From the IMG/VR virus record IMGVR_UViG_3300028588_000820: a DNA stretch of 64,000 nucleotides. One strand, written 5' to 3'. Shown here piece by piece: positions 55,501 to 64,000 of this stretch (position 1 is its first letter; the number at the start of each line of letters is the position of its first letter). The position numbers were made by a program, and so were the translations under genes. The DNA comes from a virus. A model generated the notes under the pieces. That model worked only from the letters and a program-made list of their open reading frames with translations, did no database searches and was not told the DNA's origin.

Positions 55501-58194
55501 CGACTTCTTAGAGATGTCGTAGCCATTGAATTTTGGAGTCGGTGCTTCACCATGGAGAAGAAGCTCGTGGTGGCTCAACACTCGGTGCTCGTGACGGTCG
55601 ATGGTGTAATCGCCAATGGTCACCGTGTTTTGACCCCACGCAGAATTCACGAAGCGAATCGGGTCAATCAAGAAGCCAACCTTCAATGCGTCATAGCGAT
55701 AGTCGATAGAATTGCGCCATGTGAATTCGGTAGGACCGTTGTCACCAAATGAGTACGCGTCCGCGATACCGCTTGGGATCACGTTGATCAAAGCTTCAGC
55801 CGCATTCTCGTCAGATGCTGAAACGTATGGTGGCAGTAGACGATCAGTATGAATGTCCACACCCAATGGCTTCGCCCATGCAGCCTTAATATCGGCCCAC
55901 ATCTGAGTGTTCCACATGCGAGTACCGTCAGTAGCCATGTACATTTCAGCCCAACCATCCGGCATCGCGTCGTGGCCAAGTAGAACCCATGGCTCTAGGT
56001 TAGGGCGCGGAGTACCGAAATACGCCTTGTACATATCGAACCAACGAGCATACGACACGCCATCGATCGCAACAGCCTTGTAGTTCCAAGTGAATGCATC
56101 GGTTGGATTGTAGTCGCCAGTGTAGAGGTCCAGACTATTCTTCGCAGCATAGACCGCAAGTTGCTCTTCAAGTAAGCGTGCCGCCTGATCAGTGTTTTGC
56201 GCAAACGTCGAGTCGATGTCGATCTTCGAAGTATTGAATGGGCAATCTTGGTATAGCTGATTCTCGATCATCAACGTGATTTGGGATGCAACGACGCCAA
56301 TGTTCAGAACAGCCCATGCTTGCGAAATGTCGCCTTGCTCGATCCAGCCTTCGCCGTCAAATGCGAATAGCTTGTTTTGAGCGCGCACATAGAACGTATC
56401 ACCAACTGAAGCCGGGAATACTGGACCAGTGTCTGACTTAACAGCGAAGTACTTTAGTTCATTGGTGTTTGCGTCATACCAGAATTGATTCTTGTATGGG
56501 CGAGCTGGTGGCAAGTATCCGATAACGCCTGGAGTAGAGGAGCCATCAGAACGCTTGAATACCATATTGGCGATGTTCTTCTCAGTCGCCACGTTTGTTA
56601 CGTCAACCGCGGATAGGTGTCCGTCATGATGCTGAAGCATCAATGCGCCGATGCTTTGATCGAAGTAGATGCTTGGCTGATATGCTTTGCCTAGACCCAG
56701 GTAAGGAATAGTCGCGACCCAACCGACGATACTCGAGGTTGTATCGCTGAAGACTGACGCATCGTTACGTGAAGCAACTGAAGCTAGGAATTCTTTGTAA
56801 AGCGGTGCAAGCGATTCATCTTCGTCGTTTGATAGCATCGTGCTTGGAGCAACCACCTTTCCATCAACGATGAAGTCCGCAACGTTGCGAGTCACAAACT
56901 CGTTGATTGAGTTTAGCAACTGTGCGTATTGAAGCTTACCGAATTCGATAATGCTTGGCACAGATACATCAAGTTGATTTGCGAGTCCAAGGAATAGACC
57001 AAAGTTGGTGTTGTAATCCTTGATGCGGCCGCCAAGACCTAGGTCGTAGGAATCAATGTTGCGGAAGTTATTCACACCGAATGGATTGCCTTCGAATTCA
57101 GGTTGGTTCTTGATAATGTCAGTGAAGTGGCCTAGGAGGTCGCCATAGCCAACCTGCTTACGGTTCTCGTGGGTGACGTTATGAAACATCTGCTTCGGAT
57201 GCTTCCACACCCTGGCGCCGTCCTCGTCGGTCACGTAGGTAGGAGCTTCAGCTGGACCCTTCTTCCAGATCGATTGTAGTTCATCGCCTAGTTTGTAGAA
57301 TAGGATGCGCTTGCCGTCCTTGCTGATCAAGCCTTGTTCGAATGTAAAGTCGCCGTACGCGTCCTTGACGATACGTGCCTTCAGTGCAGTGTCGACTGCG
57401 TAGTCATTACCTTCCGCATAGTAGAAGATTGGGCTGACGAAGCCTGAGTGCTTGCCGGTGTGAAGGTATAGGTTGAACAGAGGCTTCTGGTTAAAGCTAG
57501 TCTTGGCCTGAACAATCTCTTCGCCTTCGTCGCCTGGGCGGCCGTCAGCGATTCGTAGAACCATGCTTGATTCTAGACGAACATCATATTCGATGATTGG
57601 GCGCACTGCTTGGATAGTAGTGTCGATGGTGAAGTTCGCGCCGATGCCCATAGCCAGTTCAGCTACATCTTCTTCATGAACCCAGTAGTTGTGCTTTGCC
57701 CAGTCTGAGCTACCACCTGGACCGATCACATAGTATTCTGGCGCCATGGTTGGGTTGTACGATGGGGCGTCTGCGCCAAGTAGGTGGCCGTACCAACGGT
57801 AGCGAGAGTAGTTTGTGAACTTGTCTAGGTTGATTGGTGGTACAAAGTTGAAGCCAACAGCTGCGCCCCATTCTGCGAAGTTGTCGATGTCGACACCTAG
57901 CATTTCTAGTTTCTTCAATACGTCGTTGAAGGTGAAGATGTGTTCTTCGGCGCCGAGCTTAGTGTAGACCGATGGCACTAGCGAGTTGATCTGGCGATCG
58001 AGGTCTGCTGCTGGAACGTATGGTGAGGTGTCATGAGCCACCGCGTCGCCAACATACCCGAGGACCTTTGCGGACTCTTCCTTGGTAAGGAACTTGTTGT
58101 GCAAGTTTCTAAGGATCGAAGTACCAGCAACGGTGCGGTAACGTTGTGGGATGTAACTTACGAGGTCGGTGAATTTTTTGGTGTAGTCTGACAT
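52588..58194 (-). CDS. very large virion/baseplate protein
   Basis: 1868 aa; PPINLDKFTNYxxYxW, PxLEPWxLLG motifs; TATAAATA at 58227. Confidence 0.75.
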   Translation of the reverse strand: MSDYTKKFTDLVSYIPQRYRTVAGTSILRNLHNKFLTKEESAKVLGYVGDAVAHDTSPYVPAADLDRQINSLVPSVYTKLGAEEHIFTFNDVLKKLEMLGVDIDNFAEWGAAVGFNFVPPINLDKFTNYSRYRWYGHLLGADAPSYNPTMAPEYYVIGPGGSSDWAKHNYWVHEEDVAELAMGIGANFTIDTTIQAVRPIIEYDVRLESSMVLRIADGRPGDEGEEIVQAKTSFNQKPLFNLYLHTGKHSGFVSPIFYYAEGNDYAVDTALKARIVKDAYGDFTFEQGLISKDGKRILFYKLGDELQSIWKKGPAEAPTYVTDEDGARVWKHPKQMFHNVTHENRKQVGYGDLLGHFTDIIKNQPEFEGNPFGVNNFRNIDSYDLGLGGRIKDYNTNFGLFLGLANQLDVSVPSIIEFGKLQYAQLLNSINEFVTRNVADFIVDGKVVAPSTMLSNDEDESLAPLYKEFLASVASRNDASVFSDTTSSIVGWVATIPYLGLGKAYQPSIYFDQSIGALMLQHHDGHLSAVDVTNVATEKNIANMVFKRSDGSSTPGVIGYLPPARPYKNQFWYDANTNELKYFAVKSDTGPVFPASVGDTFYVRAQNKLFAFDGEGWIEQGDISQAWAVLNIGVVASQITLMIENQLYQDCPFNTSKIDIDSTFAQNTDQAARLLEEQLAVYAAKNSLDLYTGDYNPTDAFTWNYKAVAIDGVSYARWFDMYKAYFGTPRPNLEPWVLLGHDAMPDGWAEMYMATDGTRMWNTQMWADIKAAWAKPLGVDIHTDRLLPPYVSASDENAAEALINVIPSGIADAYSFGDNGPTEFTWRNSIDYRYDALKVGFLIDPIRFVNSAWGQNTVTIGDYTIDRHEHRVLSHHELLLHGEAPTPKFNGYDISKKSFNSTDDKVWTLTCVGNGAHGSIFTVKGDFSGVVTKNYVVNTEFISAQIRFVLNDNGSDFNIGDKIVLSTDGTDKFVASPYSKFNGLNQWFVNLNRYNSVDMSVALANNLLRDWDLKLGYRMSGLVNTELLSIRTDQFQMSDNDYSVIIKENKGISNHWLNAIRVQLIRVGTTQMVNGRNVPRNKGADWVFRIETFNTNNPTIEYYEYDKEGRYVTFNAFEKANSPDEWKKLQDRKALVTKVVPFTVTGIENVANIIYGYVDRLEEQGWRFNQGKEPSIDEQTGRVINWQMFVERFINQQYLGVEAGTGSILNPFATNVWFSTPHGFVSNMRKTSMTDALSSQTIFDSFGNKIHDSDIQIFRDDEMTEIQSAVVMGGVHLIVDEYEHITLFNNYVFDQSRSKLIYDPFLGVRVNRMFLSAERQVKFNGRLSFGGHYIKDHKVKRNIEASIGDMLNYYDADRMIDESETARHARGLLGYEPKKYMSDIEMTDKSQFGFWRGLVSNKGSNLSVNAFLNSARFTSAKIDEFWAYKLASFGDARQLAFPEIKLSTADAQHNYTKINFTSSTAPSQVGFINISNDDESRWVSAEDLNHDVTFVGEKIAELVFVDPWPTKIYDLVQNGKKVICDAVQVFLEVTVPDNDLDVRDTPFLLQLTEGVEYALINSSTIKFNGFARPGYVTGGKYTVRCYGPSQPKFSPAKLIDYKNKVIISDLSLWDPARGSHTPEALEIVDIISPNEPAKYNYSVRKINNVNYDVYRPWDDKDVGRVWWNTKNLEYIPYCDRQIFPNMDTRLSYWGAMADWAKVELYEWTESTVHPSKYAELVARQEGDSSIPADVRASGEVALPELYSRKRTWRQRPIAWGYTDVPGSVVPYLSSVGEYRVKFRTNMSGESIAILSSSDWVSSFPSLELGMKISGGIFHYNVEDVSDPENFKLSKPYGEAVVSGLNQDLVIGSSNSFDSPVLVPLGYSF

Positions 58195-58315
58195 TAACTT
58201 CTTCCATTTGGTATTCGTTATGGAGATATTTATAAAATGTCCGTTTCTTAAAATTTGTGATATTATGGCTCAAGTGATAAATATGGAATAACATCTCCTA
58301 TATCAGAGGAATCAA

Positions 58316-58690
58316 ATGACTAAACTAATAGACATCTTCGAAGCGAAGATCAGCGGCCAACCATCGCCGCTAGCCGAAGCTAAGAACAAAGGAAGCGTTA
58401 AGCTAAAACCATGGGCAACTGAGCTAGCAGCGATCATCGAAAAAGGTCGCCCAAGTACCGAATTTGGTATTGGTGGCATGGGTGGTGAAGGCGAAACGAT
58501 CACCAAAGCAGAAATGAAAAAGATCGTGGACGCTTTCAAAGCGGCGGGATATGAAGTCAAGAAAGGCCAACATGGCTATAAAGGCGACTTCATCTACAGC
58601 AAGGAAGACCCAAAGAAAGGCGTATTCTTCACCGTTGATCCATGGGAAGAAGGCGATACCAACGTCATCGGCATGGCTTGGAACGACTAA
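58316..58690 (+). CDS. late protein, probable internal head protein
   Basis: Own late promoter at 58277; MTKLIDIFE...LAE; 4 of 4 Leu codons are CTA. Confidence 0.75.
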   Translation: MTKLIDIFEAKISGQPSPLAEAKNKGSVKLKPWATELAAIIEKGRPSTEFGIGGMGGEGETITKAEMKKIVDAFKAAGYEVKKGQHGYKGDFIYSKEDPKKGVFFTVDPWEEGDTNVIGMAWND

Positions 58691-58708
58691 TAGTTTTGAT
58701 TCAAAAAG

Positions 58709-58736
58709 AAATGGCTCCCAATTGGGAGCCATTTTT
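58709..58736. terminator. bidirectional terminator
   Basis: AAATGGCTCCC-AATT-GGGAGCCATTTTT. Confidence 0.9.
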
Positions 58737-58740
58737 GTTT

Positions 58741-61700
58741 TTACGCTAGATTTTGTCTTAGTGTCGTAGCAGTATAAGTGCTTACGATTTCGATGTCATT
58801 GATCGTCGCGCAGCTCTGTAGGATTTCATCCTCGCCAGATTCGATGACGAACATCGAACCAAACGAGTTGTTCACGAACAGAGGAACCAACACAACCGAA
58901 GCAACATCAAGCGGCAAACGCTGATGGATCAACGAGAACAACTCAGTCGCGTAGAACGTATCACCAAAGTCCCAGTTGTCGACGGTGAAGAACATGTTGA
59001 TGACCTTCACGATTTCCGCCTTGATCTGGTCATCGGTCAACGTCGAAGCTTGCGACTTGATCACACGGAAGCGAGCACGAAGTTGTGGTTCAGCCAAGTC
59101 ACCAAACAACACTTTGACTTTACCGGAGTGCATCACAACAGTGTCAGAAATCATCTTGGTCGATAGCAAGTTACTGTACGAGTTGCGTAGCTCCAGAGGA
59201 GTCGGCGGGACTGGTACGTAGCTATTAGTGCCATTGATGTACGACGAAACGTTGTCAAAGTAACCACGAGTTAGCACGAACATGTCGATGATGTTTGATG
59301 TCGACGGGTCGATCAAATTAGTGTTCGGACTGAAGTGTTGCCACAAGAAGTCCAGGCCACTACGACCGATTTTACGAACATAACCGTCAGCATTACCAAC
59401 AGCGAACTTGTTCTTAATCTCTGGCGTTTCAGCCACAGGAATTTCTGCGCTGTTTGGATCATTCTCAATGTTCGATACGTCAAAGTACACGTAGTCGATG
59501 TTGTCAAAGTTAGCCACCGAAATCTTACCAGCAGTTGCAGTTGGGAACGTCACAGTAATGTTGTTCGCATCCACTTTAGTCATCGTGCCCAGCTCGAGAC
59601 CCATGAAGTCAACCACTGGTTTGTTGGTGCTTAGGTTGTGAGCAATTGTCCATACAGTCGACGGAGTAGTTTGCTGATGGACATGCTTAAAGCCAGTGTT
59701 CACAAATTCAGTGAAGCCCATGCTATCGTCAGGTACACCATCACCGGATTGATAAGTTCCGCTTGCATCGGTCGGTAGAACTTCTAGTGCGTTCACATTC
59801 ACAATACCATTGTCAAAGCGGACAGCGTCAACCACGTCAAAGTTCTTGTTCTTGCCTAGTGCCATTGCTTTGCTCTTGCCCAAGTTCGACTTCAACAGAG
59901 CTACGCGATCGCGCACACGGTTCTTGGTATTTGGATCGATGATGTATGAGTCAGAGTTGTACCAGAACTTGGTGGTGTCTGATTCAATAACGATCTTCAA
60001 ATCGCGGAAGCGAATCTCCCATTCAAGTACGTTGCCAGTCACTGGATCATCATTACGATGGATACGGAAAATCCACGAGCGATCATCGCGCGGTTGGTTC
60101 AAAGTACCTGAGTAAGCCGGATCGAAGTCTGCATCGTCGTTCAGCGATTCGCCATCGATGGTGTACCAGCGACCAGCAAGGTTCACGCCTTCGTATTGGA
60201 CACCGCCAAAGATAAAGCCGCGTTGAGTTGCAACTCCACCTTTCACATCGAAGACGAACGCATCGCCTTGCGCGAAGTCGATAATGCCAGGAATGATCGA
60301 GAACGAGATGCTGTCGTTTTCATAAGGCAAGACCGAATTGACAGTTGCCAAGCCAGTGAGGCCGGATTTCGAACCAGTCACTGAGAAGGTTACCGAGCCA
60401 GTACCATCGTTGGTGAACTCAATGGTCCATGTTTCGTCTGGCGCATCTTCCTTAACATTCATCGAGACCACTAGACCTTTACGTTCAGCATCATCGGCAC
60501 CAACACGATTGAAGCCGACTTCGTTGGTGAAGCCGATACCAAAGGTAGGTTGCTCAGAAGCGACCTGGAGGCCGTTAGGAGGCAACGAAGTGGTTCCGTC
60601 AATGGTTCTAAAGATCGTGTCGTTGTAAATCTTCTGATCGGCGTCGTTTGACACTACAGCGCAAGTCACGCCATTGATCAGCACGTTCTCTTTTGGTTCG
60701 CCATAGAAGTGACGATCAAGCTTACCTTGAATTGCAGTTTTCTCAAACACACCAAGCTTTGAATCTTCGATGAACTTGTAGCGTGGGTTGGTAACAACGT
60801 CACGTAGCTGGCTATGCTGCGAAGTCATGTACGTGAGGATGTTCAAGATGTTTGAGGTCTTGAGCATTGGCTCGATCGCAGAGTCAATCAACGCACGTGA
60901 GGACAGAGTCGAGATGTTCGAGTTCTGTTTCATGTCGTAGTAGATGCGAAGGTCATCACCGAAAATCTTGACGTTCTGGTAGTTGCCAGACGCGTCGTTC
61001 CAGTCGATATACTTTGGCTGTCCGGCGAAGGTACGGTTAACGGCTTTGAGCTTTAGGATCGATGGATCGCGTAGCAGCAAAGTGTTATAGTCTTGACCAT
61101 TGACCATACGACCTTGTGAGTAGTAGGTTGATGGCGCGGTGCGACGAATGTGCTCGATGTCTTCGCTCGCCGCTGAGTTCTGTAGGGTGCTGACGAGTGA
61201 GAAAGTCAAGCTCGCAGATTCAGCCACGTCGAAGGTCGAGTTATAGGTGAAGCCCATTGGCATGTTCACCACGCGATTCTTTTGAATCACGATGTTCGAG
61301 TTCAGGGACTGACGAACCCACACGTTGAAGTTGCCAACCGGAATAGATGCGAAGTTGCCGTCGCCAAATAGTAGGCGAATGCGGTCGTTCTCCAACGTTT
61401 CGACTTCGAACTTGTTGCGGTTCTTGTCCACGTTGAAGTAGATGTTCTGTGCATTGATTGCAGACACTTGCTCCCAACGTTCAAGTGTATTGCCTGAGGT
61501 ATCGACCTTATTGATCCATACGTCGACGTTGTTGATGTTCTGGAGGTTGATGTCAACCACTTGGTTCGGGATCGGAGTCTCGAATGAAAGCGGTAGATTC
61601 GACAATGTACCTTGCTTCGTGTACATCAAGAAGCCGGTCATGTCTGAGCCGTCGCCTAGACCGTCGTTTGAGTAAACGACTTGCATAGTCGAGTTAGCAT

Positions 61701-62376
61701 CAGGTGCCTTCTCAAACACGCCATCTGCATCTAGGTCAGATGGAACGATTTCCATTGGGACAGTCTCAGTGTTGGTGCTGACTTGATAGCCATGCACACC
61801 ACGAGTGAAGCTGCCGCGAGAGTTGTTGAATGAGTATAGTTGGAAAGCGATGTCGCCAACTTGGAATGACTTGATTGGCTGCCCGAATGGCTTGGTCATG
61901 AGACGATTCATGATCAAGAAGAATTGCTCTTTCCAAAGGGCGTTGTTGCTGTCGTTCCAGACGATGGTACGATTGCTGATGTCATTACCTTGTGAGTCAA
62001 TGATCGACTCAGAAGTCGAGATTGAAGTTAGCTTCACAAGGCCGCGAGCTGGCAGGTTACGTGACGAATTGTACGAGATAAGCTTCGCCAACTTCAGAAT
62101 GTTCTGCTTACGTTCAGCAGTCGAAATGAAGTTTTCATGGCTCGCCATATCGATACGGTACGCCAATTGTTCTGCTACAACCGCGAAAGCGTCAATGACT
62201 GCGATCAGTTCTGAGGTTTCAATGTAGTCATTGAACTGTTCAGCATAGTACAACTTCATGTACTGGATTAGAGATTCCTTGACGGACTCGTAATCAAAGG
62301 ACACGAAGTTGATCTTGTCGAAAGCTTGGTAAACTCTGTCCCAAGTTTCGGCTGCATAAAGTGATGTTACGGCCAT
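58741..62376 (-). CDS. baseplate wedge protein (gp6-like)
   Basis: DYESVKxxL...FNDY...ENFISTA; LLFGDG; EDIEHIRRTAP...QGRMVNGQDY. Confidence 0.85.
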   Translation of the reverse strand: MAVTSLYAAETWDRVYQAFDKINFVSFDYESVKESLIQYMKLYYAEQFNDYIETSELIAVIDAFAVVAEQLAYRIDMASHENFISTAERKQNILKLAKLISYNSSRNLPARGLVKLTSISTSESIIDSQGNDISNRTIVWNDSNNALWKEQFFLIMNRLMTKPFGQPIKSFQVGDIAFQLYSFNNSRGSFTRGVHGYQVSTNTETVPMEIVPSDLDADGVFEKAPDANSTMQVVYSNDGLGDGSDMTGFLMYTKQGTLSNLPLSFETPIPNQVVDINLQNINNVDVWINKVDTSGNTLERWEQVSAINAQNIYFNVDKNRNKFEVETLENDRIRLLFGDGNFASIPVGNFNVWVRQSLNSNIVIQKNRVVNMPMGFTYNSTFDVAESASLTFSLVSTLQNSAASEDIEHIRRTAPSTYYSQGRMVNGQDYNTLLLRDPSILKLKAVNRTFAGQPKYIDWNDASGNYQNVKIFGDDLRIYYDMKQNSNISTLSSRALIDSAIEPMLKTSNILNILTYMTSQHSQLRDVVTNPRYKFIEDSKLGVFEKTAIQGKLDRHFYGEPKENVLINGVTCAVVSNDADQKIYNDTIFRTIDGTTSLPPNGLQVASEQPTFGIGFTNEVGFNRVGADDAERKGLVVSMNVKEDAPDETWTIEFTNDGTGSVTFSVTGSKSGLTGLATVNSVLPYENDSISFSIIPGIIDFAQGDAFVFDVKGGVATQRGFIFGGVQYEGVNLAGRWYTIDGESLNDDADFDPAYSGTLNQPRDDRSWIFRIHRNDDPVTGNVLEWEIRFRDLKIVIESDTTKFWYNSDSYIIDPNTKNRVRDRVALLKSNLGKSKAMALGKNKNFDVVDAVRFDNGIVNVNALEVLPTDASGTYQSGDGVPDDSMGFTEFVNTGFKHVHQQTTPSTVWTIAHNLSTNKPVVDFMGLELGTMTKVDANNITVTFPTATAGKISVANFDNIDYVYFDVSNIENDPNSAEIPVAETPEIKNKFAVGNADGYVRKIGRSGLDFLWQHFSPNTNLIDPSTSNIIDMFVLTRGYFDNVSSYINGTNSYVPVPPTPLELRNSYSNLLSTKMISDTVVMHSGKVKVLFGDLAEPQLRARFRVIKSQASTLTDDQIKAEIVKVINMFFTVDNWDFGDTFYATELFSLIHQRLPLDVASVVLVPLFVNNSFGSMFVIESGEDEILQSCATINDIEIVSTYTATTLRQNLA

Positions 62377-62416
62377 GAATTTTTCCTATGATCTATGTGG
62401 AATAATCTGGTATTTA

Positions 62417-62797
62417 TTAGTTTGAGTAAACCTCGATTTTGAGGTCTCCTGTGACCTTCAACTCGATGTATAGCAACGTTGCTACCGCGACAATCGCATT
62501 GTTATCCGGAAGCGACATGACATCAAGATTCATCAACTTGACTCGTGGATCATAGTTGAACACTTTGCGTAGGTCCTCTTCGATGATTCCTCTAACTTGC
62601 GCATCGTTTGGTTCGAAGACCAGTGAAGGAATTCTTGTACCAAACGATGGCATGTGTGGACGTTCAAAGTACTCAGTGAAGATGTGATTCAACAAGTCTT
62701 CATTCACCAAGTCCTTATTGGTCAAGGTGTATGAGCCGCCAGGCTTGCTGGCGTTGCGTGACGAGAAGCCTTTGTAAAAGATTTTCTGTGATGCCAT
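62417..62797 (-). CDS. baseplate wedge protein (gp25-like)
   Basis: DLLNHIFT..ER..PSFGTRI..LVFEP...YDPRV; TAATG-coupled. Confidence 0.85.
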   Translation of the reverse strand: MASQKIFYKGFSSRNASKPGGSYTLTNKDLVNEDLLNHIFTEYFERPHMPSFGTRIPSLVFEPNDAQVRGIIEEDLRKVFNYDPRVKLMNLDVMSLPDNNAIVAVATLLYIELKVTGDLKIEVYSN

Positions 62798-64000
62798 TAT
62801 GGTCTCCAATGTTTGTTGCGTTCCTGATCGCTCTTAGGGCGTCCCCATGGCTCGTGTTCAGGAACAATGCCAGGTTCTAGGGCTTGTGGCGCCTTCGCCG
62901 CTTTAGGGGCTTCAGGAGCTGCCGGGCCGTTGAGGTGGACCTTTGCACCTGATGCTAATAGATTTCCACCGGCCTTTAAGCCAAGTACAGCTGAAGTCGA
63001 GATTGTTGCCGCGCCGCCAGCATTCACGTTGAACTTTGCGCCAGAGGTGATGTTCGCATCTGAGGCAGCGTTTGCTTCAAAGTGGTCACCGCAAGTAATC
63101 AATGTGCTGCAACCAGAATTCACATTGATGTTTGCTCCGGCAGTTTGGCTGATGTCTGCTCCGGCCTTCATGTTGATCGACCCAACAGCGTTCATGTTGA
63201 TGTTGCCGAGGGCGGTGACATTGAAGTCCTCATCCGTAGTAAACGAAATTGACTTCTGACCATAGAAGTGAATATGGCCATCAGTGTCCATCTCAAACCA
63301 TGTCTTGCCTTTGTTGGTTGAAATGTAGATACGCTCGTTCGTGTCGTCCATGATGATCTGGTGACCAGTGGTCGTCTTGATTCGAACGCGGCAGAAGTCT
63401 GGCTGATCTTGCATAGAAATGTAGTGACGGCCAGGCGTGACGATACAGTAACCTTGTGGGTCTAGAGCTTTGTCATCTGTTTTATTAGGATTCTTAGCGT
63501 AGCCGTCGGAACCATCCTTGTCCGTAAGAGCTTGAGCAATCTGACGTTCATATCCGCCTCTCGTAAAGTAGTGTTTGTCATTTAAGCCAGCCTCTTCGAG
63601 GTTGCGTTTTGCTGGCTGCATATCTTCGTATGAGTCCGAATAAGGACCGGGCGGGAATGGCTTCGACTTAGTGATGTCATAGCCACGACCACCTGGCATT
63701 CCTCGGTTGGACATTGCCGGGAACAAGCAATGGGTCCACACACGGAAGTTCGTGTTACCGTTGATGAACTGAACAAGGACGGTGGCACCTTGCTTTGGGA
63801 CTGCCCACATGCCATACGCGGACGGACCATAGATCGTATCTTCTTCAGGACCAACCTTCATATTCTTGATGGTACCACCAAACGGTGATGCGTACAAGGT
63901 CCATGGAAGATCGTCGATCGTGTGGTCTTCGTTGTCGATTGATGGGCAGTAAACTTTCAAACGACCTTGTTGTGCTGGATCGTTTGTGTCTTCAACAATA
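62797..64000 (-). CDS. baseplate hub/central spike (gp5/VgrG-like), 5'-truncated
   Basis: Frame open to the edge (IVEDTNDPAQQGRLKV), P..GATVLVQF, beta-helix repeats, VHLNG. Confidence 0.85.
   Translation of the reverse strand, partial: IVEDTNDPAQQGRLKVYCPSIDNEDHTIDDLPWTLYASPFGGTIKNMKVGPEEDTIYGPSAYGMWAVPKQGATVLVQFINGNTNFRVWTHCLFPAMSNRGMPGGRGYDITKSKPFPPGPYSDSYEDMQPAKRNLEEAGLNDKHYFTRGGYERQIAQALTDKDGSDGYAKNPNKTDDKALDPQGYCIVTPGRHYISMQDQPDFCRVRIKTTTGHQIIMDDTNERIYISTNKGKTWFEMDTDGHIHFYGQKSISFTTDEDFNVTALGNINMNAVGSINMKAGADISQTAGANINVNSGCSTLITCGDHFEANAASDANITSGAKFNVNAGGAATISTSAVLGLKAGGNLLASGAKVHLNGPAAPEAPKAAKAPQALEPGIVPEHEPWGRPKSDQERNKHWRP

Overview
64 kb of a lytic T4-superfamily (probably jumbo) myophage. 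The SmpB sequence suggests a betaproteobacterial host. The left ~35 kb (+ strand) carries replication and host-takeover genes: PhoH, kinase, DEDD exonuclease, DsbA, PolB, clamp-like protein, RNase H, CobS-like AAA+/vWA pair, SmpB, SLT, Nudix, primase, gp41 helicase, ligase-fold protein, PD-(D/E)xK nuclease, RimK-RimB fusion and a 2OG-oxygenase-like protein. The right ~29 kb (- strand) carries lysis, tail-fibre and baseplate genes (PAAR, M23/GH108 lysin, spanins, holin, fibres, gp6, gp25, gp5). Early promoters (GTGTACA-N17-TAnnAT), late promoters (ATAAATA) and many intrinsic terminators are visible. No tRNA, tmRNA, CRISPR array, RT, intron or intein was seen. The standout is ORF 24884-26749, a RecA/DnaB-fold core flanked by an in-frame string of more than 10 short signature motifs resembling the most conserved parts of unrelated core phage proteins (SSB, PolB, RNR, capsid, portal, vWA, recombinase, exonuclease); it is a candidate multi-epitope decoy or mimic protein. 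Other highlights: an early-CTG/late-CTA leucine codon switch, an SD-less ACAAAAATAATATG leader motif, a RimK-RimB writer/eraser fusion, a NUDT16-like Nudix and a peptidase-less CI-like repressor. All family assignments come from motif recognition by eye, with no database searches.
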